From Candidatus Aminicenantes bacterium (lineage in GTDB: Bacteria; Acidobacteriota; Aminicenantia; Aminicenantales; Aminicenantaceae), in assembly GCA_011049545.1 (NCBI GenBank), contig DRHQ01000069.1:11180-75179 (forward strand): a stretch of 64,000 bases of DNA, read 5' to 3'. The notes under the pieces are model-generated. The model saw nothing but the letters and a program-made list of their open reading frames with translations. It was not told where the DNA came from and made no database searches. How positions within the stretch are numbered: position 1 is the first letter of the stretch; each line of letters opens with the position of its first letter. Shown one piece after another: positions 57,258 through 64,000 of the stretch. A program made the position numbers and the translations under genes.

Positions 57258-57659
57258 TCACTTAACGATACATAATAAATTATTTTTCGCGGTACATTTT
57301 CTCTTACCAGCTCGGTTATTACGGTAACTATCTGAACTCCTTAATTTTTCACTCCGTTCTTCTTGAACAGGTAGAATTGTACTCTAAGCAACTTACATAT
57401 TTAGACGAAAAGGGTCGTAATTTCTTCCATAATTTTATCTATAATTTATATATAATTTATAATATAAAATTCAGCCTTCTTATACAAATCCCTTTAGACA
57501 GTCAAACCTTCCTGATCTTATCCGCCCGGTTTGGGGGGGGGACCTGTCGTAAATCTTCTTCTATCATCGGGAGATTATTATCTTCTTAGAAAATGTAGAT
57601 GCTAATAGAAGTGCATTCTTGTCCCTGAGGTATGAATGCCGCTTTGGATCTATTTGCAG

Positions 57660-57763
57660 GGCAATTGACCTTGCCGTTTTGGGTGTGATATGTCTATTTT
57701 AGGGCGTCATCCAGTGAAAATTGCAGAGAATTGCGAGGGATTTGCGGCGAGCACAAAAAGCAA
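57660..57763 (+). repeat. ~104-bp non-coding direct repeat, copy 1 (possible IS terminus)
   Basis: GGCAATTGACCTTGCCGT(T/C)TTGGGTGTGATATGTCTATTTTAGG...TTGCGAGGGATTTG(C/T)GGCGAGCACAAAAAGCAA; second copy at 62395-62498. Confidence 0.85.
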
Positions 57764-57815
57764 TTTCTTAGATGATGATGTGATGCAAGTCCTTTCTTTA
57801 ACGCCTCCTTTCTTT

Positions 57816-59915
57816 TTATCTCACTTGAATTTCTGAGCTTATTTGAGATTTTGATTTAGTTTTTAGCTCTTCTACAGTCAGGTTTAAAAAGTACTTCCCG
57901 GGCTGTAATTCAGGAGTTTGAAACTCGATTAAAAGTATAGATATTTCTTCTTTCTTTTTGGTTGGTAGAGTAGAAAATGATAATGGAATTTTTAGTCCAG
58001 AAGAAGGCTTAGTAAGACTGGCGGAAAGGTGAAATTCAGGTTCTCGGATATCAATAATTGTATAACGCATCACAGCTAAAAGTTTCGATATACCCTTATT
58101 TAATTCCTTAACAAGAGGTGAATATTGATTAGGATCAAAAGGATATATATCAAATAAATTGGTTGATTTCCCTTGCTCTTCATTCTTCTTTGTCGATAGC
58201 TCTTTTAAATAAGAAGCGTTTTTTTCAGGAACAAGCAATAAAGGCGGATAGAGTATCACCCCGGATTCAGGAGCCTCGGAGATGAAAACTGATGAAGAAG
58301 CAACCGCTCCTTTTCCTGTCTCGAGGTCTCTAATGACGATCTTGCAATCATATTCGCCAGGAGAGAGAGATGAAGTGGCATAATAGAAGACATTACCCTT
58401 GGCAAATTTTGATGAAGTGACTTCATCCCTGTTAAACTTGACTATTTCATTTTGATTATCAAAGATGAGAGTAACAATCTCTACCTTCTTTCCTGCAATT
58501 TCTTTTATTTTTTCTGCGGGTATTTCTGTAAGCAGGAGAAGCTTTGATTTTTCTTGAATAGAATAAGGCAAGGTGATCAAAGGAAAATGGAGTGGTTCCT
58601 GAAAATGAGGTCTATCGCTTAAAGCTAAATCGATGAGATGGAGTAGCTTTTCTGTTTCCGTGTATTCAGTAAAAGGCTTTGGGTTGAAATATCCTCTCTG
58701 ACCGGAGACAATGTATCCTTTTCTTTTGACTTTGACTTTTATTTTGTGATACTTACCGTCCCATTTTTTATCAATATAGTATCCTAAGACATAATAGTTG
58801 CTAGTTACACGCTGAATCTGTTCTATAGCCTTCTTATAATCCATTGAATTGCTAAAGTATTTTCCACCTGTCGTCTTGGATAACTGTCTTAATGAGCTGT
58901 CTCCCATCATATCTCTACTCCCAGGACTTATTCTAAGTTTTGGTCCTTCTACGTTCACTGCGTACACCGCGCTATTCGATGCAGCCAATTCTTTGGTCAT
59001 TCTTTCGTATATTGTGCGCAATAAAACAGATCCATATCGATCCTCCTTAGAATCAAGCATCCCCTCTGGCAAACGTCTTCCATATAATATAAAATCAGCA
59101 ACTCCTTTCGAAAAGAGAATAATATGTTTATAACCAGGAATGTAAATAAGAGATCTAGCAAAATTTATTATCTCAGAGCAAAATCGAGACACATCATGTT
59201 TATAAGCTCTTTTCTCGGCTATCCTTATATTCCTTTCCATTCTCTTATCCCATCCACCTGTTAGCCCACTTGATTTATTTAAGTTAAGGTCCTTAGGGCT
59301 GACTTGCTCGATAGAACCGGAAGTAACATCTTCCAATCTCTCTGCTCTTCCGAAAACATTTCTCAACCCAAGTCCTTCTACAATCTGGCGAACCTTTTGA
59401 TAGTCGGTAGTAAGATATTCATGAAGAGTTAAACCTTTTCTTGCAGAGTAAGAAATAACACTTATCTCATCGGTCGGATGGAGCTGGGTGTCGATAAAAT
59501 ATAAAGCTGCCTTCTTTGATTTCAAGATCCCCTGGGTGCTATTAAAAGCAAAATCAAAGAAAAGAAAAAACTTACGATTCATTCGGGAGGGAGTTTCTGG
59601 CCTAGGAGCTGGCTTTATCTCTTGTGCTTTTTTCTCAGGCAAGGTTAAGATGTGTTTTTCAAATTCTGTAATTTCTACAGGCTTACGATTATCGTAAAGC
59701 TCAAAATCAGACTGAGTTAAATCTGTAACAGGCTTTCCTTTCTTATCAGTCACATAAACATGAATTAATTTTAAAGTTACAGTGACTTCATACTGAAGAG
59801 ACTCTTGCTTGTCTGCAGTTTTTTTTGTTTGAGGAAGTAATGGTTCAATAAAGATGAGTTGAGAAAAGAGAAAAAAATAAATACAAATTCTGATAACGAG
59901 ATTGCCCTTAAGCAT
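57816..59915 (-). CDS. Secreted VWA-domain protein (Acidobacterial VWFA-related type)
   Basis: Signal peptide; VTVTLKLIHVYVTDKKGKPVTDL, FFDFAF, LSKTTGG, YYVLGYY, GYFNP. Own promoter TTGCAT-N17-TATAAT at 59961-59933. Confidence 0.85.
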   Translation of the reverse strand: MLKGNLVIRICIYFFLFSQLIFIEPLLPQTKKTADKQESLQYEVTVTLKLIHVYVTDKKGKPVTDLTQSDFELYDNRKPVEITEFEKHILTLPEKKAQEIKPAPRPETPSRMNRKFFLFFDFAFNSTQGILKSKKAALYFIDTQLHPTDEISVISYSARKGLTLHEYLTTDYQKVRQIVEGLGLRNVFGRAERLEDVTSGSIEQVSPKDLNLNKSSGLTGGWDKRMERNIRIAEKRAYKHDVSRFCSEIINFARSLIYIPGYKHIILFSKGVADFILYGRRLPEGMLDSKEDRYGSVLLRTIYERMTKELAASNSAVYAVNVEGPKLRISPGSRDMMGDSSLRQLSKTTGGKYFSNSMDYKKAIEQIQRVTSNYYVLGYYIDKKWDGKYHKIKVKVKRKGYIVSGQRGYFNPKPFTEYTETEKLLHLIDLALSDRPHFQEPLHFPLITLPYSIQEKSKLLLLTEIPAEKIKEIAGKKVEIVTLIFDNQNEIVKFNRDEVTSSKFAKGNVFYYATSSLSPGEYDCKIVIRDLETGKGAVASSSVFISEAPESGVILYPPLLLVPEKNASYLKELSTKKNEEQGKSTNLFDIYPFDPNQYSPLVKELNKGISKLLAVMRYTIIDIREPEFHLSASLTKPSSGLKIPLSFSTLPTKKKEEISILLIEFQTPELQPGKYFLNLTVEELKTKSKSQISSEIQVR

Positions 59916-60038
59916 TTTTGATTCCCAACTTTATTATATAAAAGCTGTAAACTTCATGCAAAGCAATATCAGATTATGCCAAAAGCTTGAAATCGCTTTT
60001 TTAATCAAGTGGCAAATTTTCGCCTCTAGATTAGTTTA

Positions 60039-60065
60039 AGCTAGCTCATCTTAGACTTGTTAGCT
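60039..60065 (-). other. Degenerate/truncated attC site after relE
   Basis: R'' AGCTAAC 3 nt after the relE stop; only 13 nt to GCTAGCT, so the inner stem is lost. Confidence 0.45.
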
Positions 60066-60068
60066 GGC

Positions 60069-60404
60069 TTATAATTTAACATCTAGAACTCTTTTCAGAA
60101 GAATATCTTCAATATTTTGCCTAGAATCCAGAACAGCTAAAACATATACTTTGGCCTCTTGTACCCTGTACATTAGTCTCCATGGAGCTACCATTAATTC
60201 ACGGTATTGATAAATTCCATTTTCTTGCAACTCAGGAATGATCCGACCACGTTTAGGCGAATGATTAAGATTTGCGGCCTTTTCCTTTAATTTATTTAAT
60301 ACTTTTAGCGCATTCGCAGGACTGTTATTGGCTATATATTCAATTATTCTGGCAAGATCATTTTCTGCAATGCTGGCCCAAATAACTTCATATTTATTAT
60401 TCAC
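60069..60404 (-). CDS. RelE/ParE-family toxin
   Basis: YEVIWASIAENDL, PKRGRIIPEL, YRELMVAPWRLMY, VLAVLDSRQN; 8-nt overlap with the antitoxin. Confidence 0.92.
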   Translation of the reverse strand: MNNKYEVIWASIAENDLARIIEYIANNSPANALKVLNKLKEKAANLNHSPKRGRIIPELQENGIYQYRELMVAPWRLMYRVQEAKVYVLAVLDSRQNIEDILLKRVLDVKL

Positions 60405-60675
60405 TTTTCTTCAATTTTTTCTTAAGATTTGCGAATACTTCTGCTTGGGGTTTGGTTTTACCTTTTTTAATTTCCTCCTCGCTTTGAGCTATCAATTTAA
60501 GTAGGCCTATGGCATTTCTCATATTCTCATAGCTCTTGGGGTCTTGCAAAACTGCTTTAGGCTCACCGTTTTGAGTAATAATCACAGGTCTATGCGTGTC
60601 GTTAATCTGTTTTAATAGATCAGCGGCTTTAGATTTAAGGTAAGTGATAGACTTTATATCTTCTGAAATGTTCAT
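60397..60675 (-). CDS. Phd/YefM-family antitoxin
   Basis: IKSITYLKSKAADLL, RPVIITQNGEPKAVL. Own promoter TTGATA-N16-TATCAT (60724-60697) overlapped by a GGTC...GACC inverted repeat. Confidence 0.92.
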   Translation of the reverse strand: MNISEDIKSITYLKSKAADLLKQINDTHRPVIITQNGEPKAVLQDPKSYENMRNAIGLLKLIAQSEEEIKKGKTKPQAEVFANLKKKLKKSE

Positions 60676-60746
60676 GTTTAAACCTCCGGTCTTTTTATGA
60701 TACCATATTTAGACCGACTATCAAGTTCTTTTTATCAAGGTTTGAC

Positions 60747-60817
60747 AGCTAACGTCAAAATCGCCTGCTTTTATGAAGCATAGCGGAATTAAAGTCAGGT
60801 GCATTATATTGTTAGCT
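60747..60817 (-). other. attC site (71 bp)
   Basis: AGCTAAC-aatataatgcacctgacttt...aaagcaggcgattttgac-GTTAGCT. The methyltransferase stop TAA lies inside R''. Confidence 0.85.
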
Positions 60818-61369
60818 CTTTTTCAAAACTGCTGTTTTGCTAAGAAGCACCTTCGGCCTTTCTACAAGTGTAAGTCCTACGTTTCGGGCTTGGCTGATAG
60901 TTTCTTCAAAGGCCGACTTTGATACATGGAATGGTGGTTCTACTACGAGAACTTGCCCTTTGGGTTTGAGTATTACTCCTATCTCATTAAAAAACTCTTC
61001 TTGATTGGGAACTTCGTGTACCACATAGAAAACTAGAACAAAATCAATCTCCTCTGATACGCCTATTTTGTTCTCTTCGCATTTATGAAGTGTGATACGT
61101 TCCTCAAGTTCAGTTCCCTGAATCTTGTCTCTTAGCTTTTGAAGCATCCCTTCCTGCAAATCAGCAGCAATAACTCGACCGGATTTGCCGACCATTCGAG
61201 CCATTTCAATAGAGAAAAAGCCTGGACCACAACCCAGATCAAGGACTGTCATCCCTTCTTCAATATAGGGTCCCACTATTTTATGAGGGTTTTGTAACCA
61301 TCTTCGAATTCTGTTATCGAGCCTGCCCGCTCTTTCAACCGGGCATACACGCTTGTTTCCATCGCTCAC
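60812..61369 (-). CDS. Class I SAM-dependent methyltransferase (gene cassette)
   Basis: VLDLGCGPG, AADLQ, VVHEV; AAGGAG RBS with GTG start; flanked by attC sites. Confidence 0.92.
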   Translation of the reverse strand: MSDGNKRVCPVERAGRLDNRIRRWLQNPHKIVGPYIEEGMTVLDLGCGPGFFSIEMARMVGKSGRVIAADLQEGMLQKLRDKIQGTELEERITLHKCEENKIGVSEEIDFVLVFYVVHEVPNQEEFFNEIGVILKPKGQVLVVEPPFHVSKSAFEETISQARNVGLTLVERPKVLLSKTAVLKKS

Positions 61370-61389
61370 TATACTTTTCTCCTTTCAAA

Positions 61390-61447
61390 GGCTAGCGGCT
61401 GCAAATAACCTGCGCTGAAAGCGTCGGGTTAATTTGCATTGTTAGGC
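61390..61447 (-). other. attC site (58 bp)
   Basis: GCCTAAC-aatgcaaattaacccgacgc-tttca-gcgcaggttatttgcagcc-GCTAGCC; imperfect hairpin with unpaired bases; R' is GCT rather than GTT. Confidence 0.85.
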
Positions 61448-61550
61448 CGTACATTTTTAGGTCATAAACTGTTGATTTTAATTATAACTTATATGCAATG
61501 ATTCCAATACTTGTATTGAGTTCTGATACAAATTGGTATTAGGTTTATTT

Positions 61551-62012
61551 TTAATTCCACATGACCCGGAAAAATTTCCAGGAGTTGTTGGGTTGCTTCC
61601 TTAAAATCATTAATGATATGCCAGAAGAAATAACCGGTTCTGTTGATCCCACCAGAATCGCTGAAAACGAATATTTGACCAATGCATAAGCAATGTCACC
61701 GCAACCATCTATCTCCATAATTTCAGGTGTGAAAGATAAGACCGTATCAATGGCTTCTAAACCTAGCTGAATAGCTTTTCTGCCTTGAATCGGATCACCA
61801 CCTGGTGGAAATCTAATCGCATCTTCAGTATAAAGAAGAGCATCTGCGGCCCAATCGGCAGAAAGAGCGTTTTCATCATGTGATTTGAAAAATGAGTGAA
61901 TACTGGCAATATCCTGATCAGACAATCCATTAGTATCAGGATTAGGTCTTTGGCAAGCGATGAATATAATCATTACAAAAATAATTGTTAGTGTAATGCT
62001 TCGATGTAACAT
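61551..62012 (-). CDS. SnoaL/DUF4440 (NTF2-like) lipoprotein (gene cassette; start moved from 62099 to 62012)
   Basis: GGAGG RBS; signal ending FIAC; LYTEDAIRFPPGGDPIQGRKAI, LRKQPNNSWKF. Confidence 0.85.
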   Translation of the reverse strand: MLHRSITLTIIFVMIIFIACQRPNPDTNGLSDQDIASIHSFFKSHDENALSADWAADALLYTEDAIRFPPGGDPIQGRKAIQLGLEAIDTVLSFTPEIMEIDGCGDIAYALVKYSFSAILVGSTEPVISSGISLMILRKQPNNSWKFFRVMWN

Positions 62013-62053
62013 CTCACCTCCAAACAAGCTTAATTTAAAAATGCCTTTATGCG

Positions 62054-62123
62054 GCCTAACATATATTACACAGCCGTTTTGCTTGTGCAAATACGGCATT
62101 TAGCGCAGTCTATTGCGTTATCC
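62054..62123 (-). other. attC site (70 bp) closing an ORF-less mini-cassette
   Basis: GGATAAC...GCCGTATTTGC-acaa-GCAAAACGGC...GTTAGGC. R'' is the exact complement of the preceding GTTATCC boundary (62147-62141). Confidence 0.65.
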
Positions 62124-62215
62124 AGTTTGAACGAAGCAGGGGATAACTTATTGAATATAATCCGTCTTGTCGGAACAATCCACTTTTTGCCGTTTATGTT
62201 TTGCAGCATTTCTTG

Positions 62216-62296
62216 CTGTCTAAACGGATGTTACCAATATTACCGGTCAAAATCAATATTGCTTTCTGCGATTCTAAGAGGTGGATTTATTTCAAT
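62216..62296 (-). promoter_or_regulatory. Putative Pc promoter/attI-like element, copy A (points into the cassette array)
   Basis: TTGATT-N17-TAACAT with TGn, then GGTAAC-atccg-TTTAGAC; 73/81 identical to the inverted copy at 63600-63680. Confidence 0.55.
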
Positions 62297-62394
62297 CTGA
62301 AACTGGGTTGGGAAATTTTTTTTTCTGAATGGTGGGTGGAGTCTATCTTATTGTTGACCGTTTTGCTGTCTTTGTTGCTTTGTCTCTGTTTTTT

Positions 62395-62498
62395 GGCAAT
62401 TGACCTTGCCGTCTTGGGTGTGATATGTCTATTTTAGGACATCAGCCGGTGAAAATCGTGGAAAATTGCGAGGGATTTGTGGCGAGCACAAAAAGCAA
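62395..62498 (+). repeat. ~104-bp non-coding direct repeat, copy 2
   Basis: Same element as 57660-57763. Confidence 0.85.
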
Positions 62499-62636
62499 AT
62501 TATTATATTTTTAGGAGCTGGCTTTTGTTATTCGGATTGGTCGTTTAACGGGCTGGATTTCCTGCGGACGCAGACTCGCAGGATGGCCAAAATATCTGAA
62601 AGCAGAGGACAAAATGAGTAATAAAAAGGAGGAAAA

Positions 62637-63504
62637 ATGAAAAAGAAGATTATTCTTGTGTGTATGACTTTCTTTCTCATGGCATTTGTTGCCAGAGCAG
62701 AGAAAGGACTCAAAGTGTTTATCTCCGTAGACATGGAGGGTGTCGGAGGAGTCATTCATTGGGAAGATGTCAGCCGGAACGGCAAGGATTATTCTCTCTT
62801 TCGCAGGCTGATGACAGACGAGACTAACGCAGCCGTAGAAGGGGCGCTTGAGGCCGGAGCCACTGAGATTCTTGTGCGGGATTCTCATGGAAGCGCGCGC
62901 AATATTCTTCCTGACCGACTCCATCCTGAGGCTATACTTCTCAGGGATTGGTCGGGTGGCCTCCTGAGTATGATGGAGGGGATTGATGAGACCTATGATG
63001 CTGTGATCTTTGTTGGCTACCACGGCCAGGGAGGGCACACCTAATGGCGTGCTCAAACACACTATGACCGGCACCATGGATGTTTTTATCAACGGGAAAA
63101 ACATGCCAGAAGCCGGAATCAACGGCGCGATTGCCGGGTATTTTAATGTCCCAGTGGTTATGGCAGCTGGCGATCTAGCTTTCGTCAAACAGGCCCAGGA
63201 GCTTTTCCCCGGAGTGAAGTGTGCGGCTGTCAAGGAAGGAATAGGTAAGGCAGCCAAAATGCTCCATCCCACAAAAGCTCAGGAGATGATAAAGAGGAAA
63301 ACCAATGAAGCCCTAACAAACCTTAAAAAATTCAAACCTTTTAAACTCACCACTCCCATCACCATGGAAATCCGCTACAAGGATGAAAACGATGCAGCCA
63401 AAATTTCCTGGTTCCCGGGAGCCAAACGGACAGGAGAGAGGACAGTCGCTTACACTCATAAGGACTTCATGGAAGTCCTGAAATTCTTCATGTTCGCCGA
63501 GTGA
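62637..63504 (+). pseudogene. dppA: D-aminopeptidase DppA (peptidase M55), split by a +1 frameshift
   Basis: ISVDMEG, DSHG, GYH; an extra G at 63024-25 (CACGGCCAGG) breaks GYHAREGTPNGVLKHT, which resumes in ORF 63010-63504. Confidence 0.88.
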
Positions 63505-63599
63505 AAAAAGAGTGATATCAGCTTAATTTTGGTGATGATTTTTTCTTGGTCTAAAATTTTGGAATGTTTCGGATTTTAGGGAGGTACTTCAAGTCCAGT

Positions 63600-63680
63600 A
63601 TTGAAATAAATCTATTTCTTAGAATCGCAGAAATCAATATTGATTTTGACCGGTAATATTGGTAATATCCAGTTAGATAG
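63600..63680 (+). promoter_or_regulatory. Putative Pc promoter/attI-like element, copy B
   Basis: TTGATT-N17-TAATAT with TGn, then GGTAAT-atcca-GTTAGAT (GTTRRRY core at 63672-78). Confidence 0.55.
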
Positions 63681-63725
63681 TGAGTAGTTCGGCGTAAGTT
63701 ATTTTAAAGCAAGGAGAAAATAGAC

Positions 63726-63830
63726 ATGGGTGACAAGGGAAAAAAAGATAAAGGAAAAAGGGAACATCAGAAAAAAGCCAAGCTTAGTCCAAAGGAAAAA
63801 CGAAAATTGAAAAGAGAAAAGAAGGAATAA
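63726..63830 (+). CDS. 34-aa highly basic small protein (absent from the ORF track)
   Basis: AAGGAG RBS; MGDKGKKDKGKREHQKKAKLSPKEKRKLKREKKE*; first ORF after the GTTAGAT core. Confidence 0.65.
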   Translation: MGDKGKKDKGKREHQKKAKLSPKEKRKLKREKKE

Positions 63831-64000
63831 ATGCCCAGTGCTGTCCGGTGACCTTAAACCAAGCACGGAAGTTGTGGACCAGTTACCTGATTAAAAACGG
63901 AAAAGCCAGGTGAATAGGATGTGTCGTTTGGCTGCGGGACGGAAAAAGCTAGCATTCGAGAATTCAGCGTAGAGAGTGTTTGTTAAGTTATTTATGATAA

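Noticed and set aside
63010-63044. Programmed frameshift in dppA
   Set aside because: No slippery heptamer or stimulatory hairpin at the site; a single-base insertion explains it.
62511-63272. 253-aa minus-strand ORF
   Set aside because: Antisense shadow of dppA.
63543-63572. Minus-strand peptide PKHSKILDQE resembling the IntI N-terminal KLLDQ motif, upstream of attI-like copy B
   Set aside because: Only about 5 matching residues, no start codon or continuation; indistinguishable from chance.
1-64000. rRNA, tRNA, riboswitch, selenoprotein, prophage or defence-system genes
   Set aside because: No cloverleaf, rRNA-like tract, in-frame TGA at a redox motif, phage structural gene or recognisable defence gene (other than the TA pair) was seen by eye; a covariance-model scan would be needed to exclude small RNAs.

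Overview
A 64-kb stretch of a diderm (LPS-making) bacterial chromosome. The gene repertoire (sulfatase-like/TPR protein, Acidobacteria-type VWA protein, pseudopilin triplet, tricorn, many secreted peptidases) suggests Acidobacteriota, probably Ca. Aminicenantes; this is an inference, not a database result. Left to right: ilvB(partial)-ilvN-pheA; DEAD-box helicase; AlkP/sulfatase-fold TPR protein; class V aminotransferase; Tat M24 peptidase; a minus-strand rpsO-pnp-3x pseudopilin-lpxB run; waaA and a PAP2 phosphatase; D-aminoacylase, M23 and S9 peptidases; a circularly permuted cofactor-independent phosphoglycerate mutase; a 4-gene ABC-2 transporter; an operon of three COG3379-like AlkP proteins with a small protein and a DUF106/EMC3-like membrane protein; ADP-forming acyl-CoA synthetase, PDO, tricorn, TrxC, DUF362; a higher-GC two-subunit RND pump; and an accessory end (57.6-64 kb) with an integrase-less integron cassette array, two back-to-back 81-bp promoter/attI-like elements and a frameshifted dppA. 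No rRNA, tRNA or CRISPR array was seen. Best leads: the permuted iPGM (23.5-25.1 kb), the AlkP x3 plus Oxa1-superfamily-like operon (33.6-40.3 kb) and the cassette array with twin attI-like sites (60.0-63.8 kb). All motif positions and identities were counted by hand.
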